63,878 nucleotides of DNA, filler included, from 9 parts of 9 records of this genome joined end to end with filler, not necessarily neighbours in it; one strand, 5' to 3'. Shown: positions 11,232 through 21,094, numbered from the whole stretch's first letter. The notes: generated from the sequence alone by a model not told the origin. Program-made: numbers and translations.

Positions 11232-11965
11232 AACGATTCTTTGCGGCGGATATCGAACCGGGGACAACACGGGTCCGGCTCGACCGGGAGGAGTCCCGCC
11301 ATCTGACTCGGGTGCTGCGGCTGCAGGTGGGACACCCGGTCGAACTCTTCGATGGATCCGGAGCCCTCTACACCGGAGAGGTGGAGAGTCTCGGCAAAGA
11401 GGTGTCGGTTCTGCTGAGAGGCGGAAGTGAAGCGGGTGCAGCGGATGAGCCGCCAGTCGTCGTCTGTCAGGGGGATCTGAGAGGGCAGAAGATCGATTTC
11501 CTGGTGGAAAAGTGTACCGAACTCGGTGTCGACCGGTTCATCCCCTTTGTCGCCGGCCGCAGTCAGGGAAGAAGCGATGATGAGCGGCAGATGAAAAAGC
11601 TGCTGCGTCGGCGCACCATTGTGAAAACGGCCTGTAAACAGAGCGGCCGGCTGCGCTTCATGGAGGTGGAACCGGAGTCGGGATTCAGTGATCTGCTCAC
11701 AACGGGGCTCGATGATGATCGCTGTCTCAAGCTCATTTTATGGGAAAAGGAGCAGGGCGTTACGCTTGCCGATGTCGTGGGATCGAAACCAGTGACGCGG
11801 GTGTATCTGATATTCGGGCCCGAGGGCGGCTTCTCCGCGGCTGAAGCGGAGCAGGCCCTGGCGGCGGGCTGGCAGCCGGTGGGGCTGGGCACGCGCATCC
11901 TGCGGGCGGAGACAGCCACCATCGCCGCCGTGTCGATTACCCAGCATCTGCTTGGGAATATGTAA
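11228..11965 (+). CDS. rsmE: 16S rRNA m3U1498 methyltransferase
   Basis: HLTRVLRL, EKCTELGV, IFGPEGGFS, LGTRILRAETA; follows prmA as usual. Confidence 0.93.
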   Translation: MKRFFAADIEPGTTRVRLDREESRHLTRVLRLQVGHPVELFDGSGALYTGEVESLGKEVSVLLRGGSEAGAADEPPVVVCQGDLRGQKIDFLVEKCTELGVDRFIPFVAGRSQGRSDDERQMKKLLRRRTIVKTACKQSGRLRFMEVEPESGFSDLLTTGLDDDRCLKLILWEKEQGVTLADVVGSKPVTRVYLIFGPEGGFSAAEAEQALAAGWQPVGLGTRILRAETATIAAVSITQHLLGNM

Positions 11966-11978
11966 AACTGAGGTGACA

Positions 11979-12709
11979 CTATTTCCCGGTCGGCACTATC
12001 GGTCGAAAACTGTCTGTATGTAACCACCCCTTTCTCCCCGTTTCATCCGTTACGTGCACGTAGTCGTGGTAGGTCTTGGCGGGGAAACCAGTCTCCCCTG
12101 GGAAATGATGCCAACCGACTCCGATTTGTCGAATGGCGACACGAGCAGCCTGGTATCCGACACGACCACCGATCGCTGCCAGCGGTCATAGTGGTACCAC
12201 GCTCCGACGGCACCGAGAGATAGCAGCAGCACACAGCAGAGCGTCACGCGAGCGACAGACCTCCCGTTTTTTCGCCTGAGTATGGTGACGACCAGAAACA
12301 GCAGATAAATTGTGAGCACCGCAATGCAGAGATATGACCACTGGGAGATGGTCAACGCGCCGAGGAGCCGATCGGAGAAAGACGGGGCGGGGGGATACAG
12401 GGAGTAGGTTTTGCGCAGGTGATCCAGGTTGGCCTGTATGTCGGCGTCGTTCGGCGCGAGGCAGAGAGCGCGGAGATAGTGGAGTATCGCGTTGCCGGGC
12501 TGTTGCATCCGGGCGTAGCTGTTGCCGATATTGAACAGGATGTCCGCTGAGGTTCCGATCCCGTCATAGCAGTCGATTGCCTGGGAGTACAATGCGTCGT
12601 GGTAGAGTTGGTTGCAGGTATCCATCTGCACATCCGGATTCGTTTCTGCTGATCCGGACCCATAGAGGGCAAGCAACACGATACCAGTGGATATAAGACG
12701 AAAGATCAT
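11979..12709 (-). CDS. BatE-like TPR membrane protein with SH3-like C-terminus (frameshift near 12080)
   Basis: Signal peptide; TPR motif FNIGNSY...GNAILHYLRAL...D..ANL; two TM helices. Another frame continues AKTYHDYVHVTDETGRKGWL to a stop at 11979. Confidence 0.75.
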
Positions 12710-14123
12710 GACAATTCGCTGATAAAAGTTTGTAACTGATCGTGCAGTTCCTGCGTTGTTCCTGCAGAACGTTCCTGTTTCCCGTACAGCGCACCATCAC
12801 CAAGCCGGAACAGCTGTGCGGCGACAGAGTCCCTGCCGTACCGCGTTTCGATTTCCGCAGTTGTCAGAGAGATGGAATCGGCGCGCAGGTGGACAACGAG
12901 CAGCTCGTTGAGCACCTTCCTTGCGCTGGCCGGATAGTCGGGTGCGTTCGGGTTGAGGCCGGACAGCACCGCAAGCGTTTCCTTGCGCGTGGAGGAAAAA
13001 GCCTTTTTATGTGCCGTTTCCTCGTTGCCCTGCTGCGCCGTCGTGTAAAACCTGAACCCGAAGAGTCCTGCGATGGCGAGCAGGGACAGGGAGACCACGA
13101 GGATATACCACGTGGACAGAAACGGAGGAGTGATGCGATCGACGTGCCTTCCCGTTTCGAGCTTGACCGGTACGAGCGACAGGGAGGGGGAACCTCCTGA
13201 TCCGTCCGGGGCGGGCTGCTTCGTATCGGTCATGATCGGGGTCGGAGGGTTCGGTGGAGGTGATGCATTGTCGACATGGATATGGTTCACCGTTATCGGA
13301 ACCGGGTCGCTGAAAAGCGTGTGGTACTGTTCGGCGTCGGGGTCGAAATAGCTGAAGGTCACCGGCGGAATCTCGCGAGCGGAGGGGTCGGTCAGGATAA
13401 CCGCCTGCTGGAACCGTTTCGTGCCCTGGTGGGGCGATTGATCCGGAGAGAACTCTGCGGTAGGCGTGTAGAGCTTGACCCCGCCCGGGTCGCTGATCAG
13501 CGGCGGCTGGACTGACGCGAAATTGCCGCTGCCCGCAACGTTCATCGTCAGCGTCACCGGTTCTCCGGGCTCTATGGTGGTCGGCCGGGCCTCGAGGTCA
13601 AGCGTAAAGGAGCCCACCGCCCCCGAGAACCCCTCGGGTTTGGATTCCCCGGGAAGCGGCAGTACATCGATGGTGCTTTGTTCGGATCTCACCGTGATGG
13701 TCCTGCTGCTGTAGCCGGTAAACATGTCGCCGAAGAAGTCATCTCCGAAAAAGCCTGACCCGAAACCCGGGGACGGGGAGCGGTTGCGTGACGGTATCTG
13801 TATTGTGGCATCGAGCTCGAACGACAGGGGGTGAGCTCCTTCTTTCACCGCGGTGATGAACGTGTCCCATACAAGTACACTGTAGGCGGTGTTGTCGATG
13901 AGTTCCTCCGTTCGCCGCGGGTTGTTGGACAACTCGTCGATCAGGAGCCCTTCTCCCTGCAACCGGGGCAGATTCAGCTGACTGACCCGCGTTCCCCTCC
14001 TGAAGCAGACTTTGATCGTGGCCGGTATCACTTCACCGCGGTATATCGTCTGTTTGTCGGGAGTGAAGGAGATGAAAGCCGGGTTCGCTCCGGTATCGGT
14101 CCGAGAGGGCTCGGACGGCTGCC
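12706..14123 (-). CDS. BatD-family protein (5' truncated)
   Basis: VLPLP...FSGAVGSF, GEPVTLTMNVAGSGN, IPPVTFSYFDP and a C-terminal TM helix; adjacent to the BatE-like gene. Confidence 0.8.
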
Positions 14124-14223
14124 NNNNNNNNNNNNNNNNNNNNNNNNNNNNNNNNNNNNNNNNNNNNTTAATTAATTAANNNNNNNNNNNNNNNNNNNNN
14201 NNNNNNNNNNNNNNNNNNNNNNN

Positions 14224-15881
14224 TTTTCCCCCGAAATATTATAAATCACCAGTTCAATCTTGCTGTCAGCTGACAGCTGATAACTGATAGCTGTTTGGGG
14301 ATTGAATGGGTTGGGGTAGTTCTGTTCCAAAGTGTATTCATCAGGGATTATGTCCTTTATTTCCACTTCTTCCCTGATAAAGCTCCAAATATTCGACCAC
14401 TCGCTCTCCACTGAACGATTCAAAGATTTCACGCGCCAATAATATCTGATGCTTTCCGCAATGTTCCTTGCAATGAAGATCGTGTCGGTAATACTTTTAT
14501 CTTTTAACTCAACACTGAACAAGCTGTCCTTTGCGATCTGGATCTTGTATGAGGTGGCATTTTCGCATGAACTCCAAATTAAATCACAGGTATCGACACT
14601 TGTGGAATATGCATCTTCCGGTGAAAGCAGTAGGGGTACATTGGGTATTTGGGTATATTGTGCGTAATGCTGACTGACAATATTCTCGGCCAATTTGTCT
14701 CTAACGGCAAAATCTCTCAGTTGACCGAATGAATTTGCCCAATCGATATCCGATGCCATTTGATTTCCCCATAGGAAAGTACCTTTCACAAGATCATTAT
14801 AGCTTGAATTTACCTTAAAGAACGCTTCATGAATATTTGATTGCGTCTCTTCTCCGTCATCAAGTCCGTTCTGGTTGGCATCTTCCATGAATTTGTTTTC
14901 AAATTCCCTGTTCGCCGGTTCATGCGGAGATCCGACAGCATCCACATAGCCGAATTCGAGGAAATAGATCGGTTTACCAGGATTGTTTTGTTGAAGAGGG
15001 ACAAGATAGCTATTGAAGATGCCATTCCAACTTTGCGTTAATCGCTCAAGACTCATAACTGTGTCCGGCATGCTGGGGGTTAAAGGAAAATAGGCGCTGA
15101 TCCCAATAGCATCGAGATCCATATCTTTCCACAGACTGTCCAATTGAAAAAAACCTGCATCGGTCAGGGCGCCGTATTCCATATCGTAGGTCAAGGTGCC
15201 GTCGTAAATCTGCCGAACAGAATCAACCATGGCAGCTAAATGATCCAAATAATTATTCGGCCAGTATCCACCGCTTCGGGTCCGGAACAAACGATTGGTT
15301 TCTGTTCCCAGCGAATACATCGCCACGCCTTCTTGCTCGCAAATATTCGCGTAATACATGGCTTGATCGGTGTAAGTCTCAAAAAATCTTCTAACAAAGC
15401 TTTCATGATCCGGATGTTCCGGCGCCCAGGGCCAGTAGTTAATCGAGATATTGGGATCTTCAATATGCATTTTGGGATCACCCAGCTGCCAACGGGAAAC
15501 GGGATGAATGGCATGCGCGGCTTCTTCGGCTTCAAAGGCAAGGGTCAAATAGACATTGAAATGATTCGCATTAAATTCCCGTATCACATTTATCAAATCA
15601 CTATCATTGAAAGTGGGAATACCAACACCCGAATACACCCGTTCAACCGTACTGTCCATGCTGTCGCTGATATGCAAAGCTACAGAAATGCCGATCCAGT
15701 TGGCATTTAATTTATCGAGATAATTAAAATATTCTTTAGGTGGGTCTTGTATCGAGAAAGTGTTCCGGCCCCAGTTTCCGCCAATGTGAATAGCGCGGAA
15801 GAATGAGGTATCAAGCTCATTAGCATTGCTCTGAGCGAATATCAATAAAAGGATCACCACAATATACTTGCGGTTGAACAT
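14224..15881 (-). CDS. Secreted GH113-like TIM-barrel glycoside hydrolase with FN3-like and FlgD-Ig/T9SS-like C-terminal domains (3' truncated)
   Basis: Signal peptide; SLGTE, IGISAYFPL and FLEFGY motifs; YYWRVKS FN3-like segment; LEQNYPNPFNP C-terminal domain. Confidence 0.65.
14262..14293. repeat. In-frame 7-nt-period repeat (5 units) containing a 16-bp palindrome
   Basis: GCTG or ACTG at 14262, 14269, 14276, 14283 and 14290; GCTGTCAGCTGACAGC at 14262-14277. Confidence 0.7.
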
Positions 15882-15950
15882 TTGTCTTTATCTCCAATTG
15901 ATTTATAATAAGTTATATCTGTGTAGAGTCTATATCAAGGGAAAATTTTA

Positions 15951-16024
15951 GTTTAGAGGTTTAGCAGTTTAGGGGTTTAGCAGTTTAGGAGCCTTCGGCT
16001 CTGTTTAGAAGTTTAAGGGTTTAG
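15951..16024. repeat. 8-nt-period GTTTAGnn array (5+3 units, split by a GAGCC-TTC-GGCTC hairpin), overlapping the 3' end of the four-helix-bundle gene
   Basis: GTTTAG at 15951, 15959, 15967, 15975, 15983, 16003, 16011 (GTTTAA) and 16019. Confidence 0.92.
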
Positions 16025-16385
16025 TTTTTGTAAGTTGTGCTCTTCTTAAGTTTGAAAGTTTTCTTGAAATTTCATCAATTTCGTTTCTTAATTTCTTATA
16101 TGTTTCATTGCTAATTAAAGATCTTTCATTTGATACAATGATTAGGTTAAGACATTCCATCAAGCTTCCGTAGGCAATATTGGTATATTTCGCTTTATCT
16201 TTCGCAGTTATACGTCCAGAACCTTCTGCAATATTATTAGATACTGATAAAGCAGCTCTTTGTAATTGATCAATAATACCTTTTCGTTCTTTATATGGAA
16301 AATTATCAGTAATCTTATAAATATGCTTAGCAAATTCTTTAGATATTTTCCATACGTCCAGCTTTTCAAAAGAATAAATCTTCAT
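16005..16385 (-). CDS. Four-helix-bundle protein (23S rRNA IVP / TIGR02436 family, bAvd-like fold)
   Basis: SFEKLDVW...IYKITDNFP...DQLQRAALSVSNNIAEGSGR...IAYGSLME family signature; GAGGAGG RBS. Confidence 0.93.
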   Translation of the reverse strand: MKIYSFEKLDVWKISKEFAKHIYKITDNFPYKERKGIIDQLQRAALSVSNNIAEGSGRITAKDKAKYTNIAYGSLMECLNLIIVSNERSLISNETYKKLRNEIDEISRKLSNLRRAQLTKTKPLNF

Positions 16386-16408
16386 TTCGTCCTCCTCAAT
16401 TAATTATT

Positions 16409-16493
16409 CTAAACGTCTAAACCCCTAAACAGCGCAGCGCTAAACTCTTGAACAGCGCAGCGTCTAAACTCCTAAACTTATAAACGTTTAACC
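16409..16493. repeat. 8-nt-period CTAAACnn array with two AGCGCAGCG inserts; reverse complement of the 15951-16024 array
   Basis: CTAAAC at 16409, 16417, 16425, 16440, 16464 and 16472; degenerate units at 16448 and 16480. Confidence 0.92.
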
Positions 16494-16694
16494 AGTATTT
16501 CAAACGCTCCAATTATTCTTGTGATCCCCATCACTTAATTATATCCTTTCCTTAAATAATTTTATATATTGTATCAGCAACAATCTTGCGACATATTGGC
16601 AAAAGGTAATGAAAGCCGTCATAGTTTTCCGGCTATAATGGAAGACTTGGGGTTTTGCCGTTTGCGGTTTAAAAACAAAAAATGAGAATTCATT

Positions 16695-18533
16695 ATGTGT
16701 GGAATTGTAGGTTACATTGGAAAAAAAGAGGCATACCCTATCCTTATTAACGGACTTCAACGATTGGAATACAGAGGTTACGACAGTGCCGGAGTCTCTA
16801 TTATCAATAATTCTTTAAAATTGTACAAAACAAAAGGGAAGGTCTCGGATCTGAAAGATCATGTCAAAGGTAAAGATATATCAGGTACGACAGGTATTGC
16901 TCATACAAGATGGGCGACCCATGGTGAGCCTAATGACACAAATGCTCATCCTCATTACTCACCTTCAGGTAGAATGGCTTTGGTTCATAATGGGATCATA
17001 GAAAATTACAATACTCTGAAAAAGGAATTGATCAAACGAGGGTATGAGTTTAAAAGCCGGACGGACACAGAAGTTTTAATGTATTTGATCGAAGATATCA
17101 AGATAAATGAAAAGGTAAATACGGTCAAAGCATTGCAGTTAGCACTTGGGCAAGTTGTGGGAGCCTATGCCATTGTCCTGATCTGTGAAGACGAACCCGG
17201 TATGTTGATCGCAGCGAAAAAAGACAGTCCCCTGGCGGTCGGTATAGGTGATAATGATTTCTATATCGCTTCAGATGCTACCCCGATCATAGAATATACA
17301 CGGGATGTCATTTATTTAAATGATGAAGAGATCGCCATTTTAAAACCCGGAGAGGATATTAAGATCTTCAACATCATAGATCAGCTCCAAACGCCCTACA
17401 TCCATAAACTTGAAATAAATTTAAATAGTCTGGAAAAAGGTGGATTCCCACATTTCATGTTGAAAGAGATTTTTGAGCAACCAAGATCAATACGAGATAG
17501 CATGCGTGGAAGGATATCATCTGAATTAGGTATAGTAAAACTTGGTGGAATGGAAAGCCATAAGTTAGAATTGATCAGCGCCAGACGTATCATCATGCTG
17601 GCCTGTGGAACCAGTTGGCATGCCTGCCTGGTAGGTGAATACTTATTGGAAAACCTGACAAGAATCCCCGTAGAGGTTGAATATGCCTCGGAATTCAGGT
17701 ACCGTGATCCGATCATTGATAGTGATGATGTTGTGATCGCTGTTTCTCAATCCGGTGAAACTGCAGATACCATCGCGGCCGTCAATTTGGCGAAGAAGAG
17801 AGGTGCAACCGTATTGGGGATATGCAACGTTGTAGGATCGACACTTGCACGGATCACCGATGCCGGATCATTTACACACGCGGGTCCAGAGATCGGTGTT
17901 GCATCAACAAAAGCCTTTACGGCACAGGTTACCATTTTGATGTTAATAGCCTTAATGATCGCCAAAGAAAAAGAAACTATCTCAGAATCCCGTTTCAATG
18001 AACTTGTAACAGAAATGGAAAATATTCATCTCAAAGTCGAAGAAACATTAAAGTCCAATGATCAAATAAAAAAGTTGTCAAAAAAATACATGAATTCCCG
18101 AAACGCGCTTTATCTTGGAAGGGGAGTAAATTATCCGGTTGCGATGGAAGGTGCGCTTAAGCTGAAGGAAATATCGTATATTCATGCAGAAGGTTACCCC
18201 GCTGCTGAAATGAAGCATGGTCCCATTGCTTTGATTGATGAAGCTATGCCCGTGGTAGTGATCGCAACACAATGCGAGACATATGAAAAGATCATTACGA
18301 ATATTCAGGAAGTAAAAGCCAGGAAGGGTAAAGTTATTGCCATTGTAACAAAGGGCGACGAGCAAGTTCATCAAATGACCAATCATATGATCGAAATTCC
18401 GGAGATCGATGAATTGCTGGTTCCTTTGCTTTCTACCATACCTCTTCAACTTCTATCTTATCATATTGCAGTCATGAGAGGATGCAATGTTGATCAACCG
18501 CGAAATTTAGCAAAATCAGTCACTGTGGAATAA
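16695..18533 (+). CDS. glmS: Glutamine--fructose-6-phosphate transaminase (isomerizing)
   Basis: MCGIVG, LEYRGYDSAG, HTRWATHG, SQSGETADT, EGALKLKEISYIHAEG, PRNLAKSVTVE. Confidence 0.99.
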   Translation: MCGIVGYIGKKEAYPILINGLQRLEYRGYDSAGVSIINNSLKLYKTKGKVSDLKDHVKGKDISGTTGIAHTRWATHGEPNDTNAHPHYSPSGRMALVHNGIIENYNTLKKELIKRGYEFKSRTDTEVLMYLIEDIKINEKVNTVKALQLALGQVVGAYAIVLICEDEPGMLIAAKKDSPLAVGIGDNDFYIASDATPIIEYTRDVIYLNDEEIAILKPGEDIKIFNIIDQLQTPYIHKLEINLNSLEKGGFPHFMLKEIFEQPRSIRDSMRGRISSELGIVKLGGMESHKLELISARRIIMLACGTSWHACLVGEYLLENLTRIPVEVEYASEFRYRDPIIDSDDVVIAVSQSGETADTIAAVNLAKKRGATVLGICNVVGSTLARITDAGSFTHAGPEIGVASTKAFTAQVTILMLIALMIAKEKETISESRFNELVTEMENIHLKVEETLKSNDQIKKLSKKYMNSRNALYLGRGVNYPVAMEGALKLKEISYIHAEGYPAAEMKHGPIALIDEAMPVVVIATQCETYEKIITNIQEVKARKGKVIAIVTKGDEQVHQMTNHMIEIPEIDELLVPLLSTIPLQLLSYHIAVMRGCNVDQPRNLAKSVTVE

Positions 18534-18634
18534 ATATTAATTAAAATCCTATAATTATCGAATAAACCGAATGTTAATCAGTTGTTTTTCTACGATTTAT
18601 AAATTATATTGCTGTTCAAAATGAGGAAATTCAC

Positions 18635-19432
18635 ATGAAAAAGATCGCAATATTGGGTGCAGGAAACATTGGGCAAGCTATCTACCGGGGGCTCGTCGGT
18701 TCAGGTGGCATAAAGGCTGAAGATGTAATTTTAAGCAATACAAATATCAATCTTATCAAGCCATTCGAAAAAGAAGCTTGCTTGATCACGGATGATAATA
18801 CAGAAGCGTTAGCTTTTGCCGATATACTGATCATATCTGTGGAACCACAACAGGTCAACAAATTGTTGGAGCAGATCAAACCGGCACTTAATGTTAAAAG
18901 ACATTCTATTATTTCCATAGTTTCCGGTGTCTCCATCGACCAGATACTTGATAAATTGGAAGTTGAACTTCCGGTTTTCAGGGCAATGCCCAATACGGCG
19001 ATCTCCATAGGGGAGTCTATGACTGCGCTTGCCTGTCGTAGTAAAGACCGGGAATTGTTGCCCGAAGTTGAGAAACTGTTTTCTCATCTGGGAGAGACAA
19101 TCTACCTGAAAGAAGATCTTATTACATCCGCCACCGCTTTGACCGCATGCGGGATCGCATTTTTTATGAGAGCGATCAGAGCAGCGGTTCAGGGTGGTAT
19201 CGAAATAGGTTTGCATGCAGAAGACGCCCAAAAAATGACAGCTCAAACAGCCAAAGGAGCTGCAAAACTACTGCAGGAAAGCGGACATCATCCCGAGGCA
19301 GAGGTTGATCGTGTTACGACCCCTATGGGTGTGACCATTTCAGGTCTGAACCAAATGGAACATGTCGGCTTTTCATCAGCTATGATCAAGGGAATTGTCA
19401 CCGCCTGGGAAAAAGCAAATAAACTTTATTAG
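18635..19432 (+). CDS. proC: Pyrroline-5-carboxylate reductase
   Basis: ILGAGNIG, FRAMPNTA, AQTAKGAAKLL, VTTPMGVTISG. Confidence 0.95.
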   Translation: MKKIAILGAGNIGQAIYRGLVGSGGIKAEDVILSNTNINLIKPFEKEACLITDDNTEALAFADILIISVEPQQVNKLLEQIKPALNVKRHSIISIVSGVSIDQILDKLEVELPVFRAMPNTAISIGESMTALACRSKDRELLPEVEKLFSHLGETIYLKEDLITSATALTACGIAFFMRAIRAAVQGGIEIGLHAEDAQKMTAQTAKGAAKLLQESGHHPEAEVDRVTTPMGVTISGLNQMEHVGFSSAMIKGIVTAWEKANKLY

Positions 19433-19500
19433 TGACCAGAAGCCAGTGACCAGAAACCAGTGACCAGTTACCAGTGACCAGAAACCAGTGACCAGTGAAC
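19431..19500. repeat. Ten-unit 7-nt tandem array AG(T/A)(G/A/T)ACC, beginning within the proC stop codon
   Basis: agtgacc agaagcc agtgacc agaaacc agtgacc agttacc agtgacc agaaacc agtgacc agtgaac. Confidence 0.95.
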
Positions 19501-19712
19501 TATCGTGATCTGCTAGTAATTAAATTAACGAAGGGATATTTCATTTTCAAAAAAATTATTAAAATTTGTAATACACTTATTTAGTGATCGATTATAAATA
19601 TAATAAAAACAAATAAATAGATTATTGTCAAATATTTTAAAAAGTATTTTATATTGGGAACTAATATTGTTAATATTATTTACAGACGTATATTTATAAC
19701 AAGAGGCTCAGT

Positions 19713-20936
19713 ATGAAAAAGCTTATGATCATGATCGCTGCTGCTCTTCTGCTATTTGCTTGTTTTGAACCAAACAGTCAAATGTCAGGTGAGCAAAGCA
19801 TCAAATTTCAGCTTATGAAATCCGCCGATATTGATGTTGCGAGCGCTATTTGTGTGGTTTCAGCCGAAGATATGGATACGCTAGTGGTTGCGTTGATGGT
19901 GACCCCGACTTCCGTCAGCGGGGAGATCGATGACCTTCCCTATGGTGAAGACAGGTTATTTGAGATCAAGACCTATAATTCCTCCGGTGTGATGAATTAC
20001 TACGGTTCAACCCTAATTGATATCAATAGTGTTGCGCCGGTAGTTAATATTACTCTTTATCCTGTTAACCTGACAGCGGATGTCACGATCACCGGTACCT
20101 TTGCTGATGACGAGGAAACCACAGAAAAGATCGCCTTTGTTGCTGACTGGTCGGGCAATGATGAAGTCTATATCATGGATACGGATGCTACGAACATTGT
20201 AAAGTTAACTTCATCAGGTTTTAATGCAAATTGTCCCATCATTTCACCCAACAGAGAAAAAGTTGTGTATCAAAGACCTTCTGAAGTCGGACACCAGGGA
20301 TTTATTGTGGATATTGAAACCAAAGAAGAAGAAATGCTCCCCCTTGTGGAATATTCGCCACATGAATTGATCTGGAGCCCGGATGGTGAAAAACTTGTAT
20401 TCTGGTCAACATACTACGGTTCTGCCGATATATTCGAATTTAATTTTAATACTGAAAGCGTTACATGTTTGGTACGTGAAGATACTGCCAGATGCTGGGG
20501 GGCAATGTATGCTCCCGATGGTGAGCACTTAATGTATTTTTCTGATAGATCAGGTACATTTAAAGCTTATCTGGCCGACTTGGAAGGCTCTTATCCGGAG
20601 ATGATCGTAAATAATGATTCCACTGAAGAGCGCGCACCTGATATGAATCCCGTATCGACGAACCTGGTGGCTTTTGCAGGTAGAGGATTCAATATTGCTT
20701 CTTCTTCACAGTGGGGACTGTTCCTGATCGATATGGAGACAGACAGTGTTACGAATCTTATTACTACTTCAGGTGTAGATGAAAAACAACCGAGTTGGTC
20801 GGCCGATGGTACTACCATCATGTATTCACATTATGATGGTATTAATTATGGAATATACACCATCAATCCAGATGGCTCCGGAAATAGTGCTTTATTGGAT
20901 ACGGACGGAAATGAAAGATGGGCACATTGGAGATAA
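19713..20936 (+). CDS. Lipoprotein with a TolB-like (PD40) beta-propeller
   Basis: Lipobox LLLFAC; repeated ISPNREKVVY, WSPDGEKLVF, YAPDGEHLMY and WSADGTTIMY blades. Confidence 0.8.
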   Translation: MKKLMIMIAAALLLFACFEPNSQMSGEQSIKFQLMKSADIDVASAICVVSAEDMDTLVVALMVTPTSVSGEIDDLPYGEDRLFEIKTYNSSGVMNYYGSTLIDINSVAPVVNITLYPVNLTADVTITGTFADDEETTEKIAFVADWSGNDEVYIMDTDATNIVKLTSSGFNANCPIISPNREKVVYQRPSEVGHQGFIVDIETKEEEMLPLVEYSPHELIWSPDGEKLVFWSTYYGSADIFEFNFNTESVTCLVREDTARCWGAMYAPDGEHLMYFSDRSGTFKAYLADLEGSYPEMIVNNDSTEERAPDMNPVSTNLVAFAGRGFNIASSSQWGLFLIDMETDSVTNLITTSGVDEKQPSWSADGTTIMYSHYDGINYGIYTINPDGSGNSALLDTDGNERWAHWR

Positions 20937-20953
20937 AGGCATTCACTAATTAT

Positions 20954-20980
20954 AAGCCCTGCTTCGGCAGGGCTTTTTTG
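20954..20980 (+). terminator. Intrinsic terminator
   Basis: AAGCCCTGC-TTCG-GCAGGGCTT followed by TTTTG. Confidence 0.85.
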
Positions 20981-21094
20981 TTTTGACTTGTTTATGTGCT
21001 GGGCGTATATTAATTTCATTGGAACTTCAGAACCGGAATACAGGGCCGGTTTTTTAGTTAAATCATACAAATGAATCAGGAGGGAAATTCAAGT

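Noticed and set aside
10386-11270. Long antisense and alternative-frame ORFs (also 26517-27125, 39386-40048, 41537-42190 and others)
   Set aside because: They are shadows of well-supported genes on the other strand or frame and carry no recognisable motifs.
16005-16385. A true 23S rRNA intervening sequence
   Set aside because: The flanks are protein-coding genes, and no rRNA sequence is present.
15951-16493. CRISPR array or complete diversity-generating retroelement
   Set aside because: The units are 8 nt with 2-nt spacers. No cas genes, reverse transcriptase or TR/VR pair were seen on the contig.
16500-16694. glmS ribozyme upstream of glmS
   Set aside because: I could not find the conserved ribozyme core by eye. 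An Rfam scan would be needed to exclude it formally.
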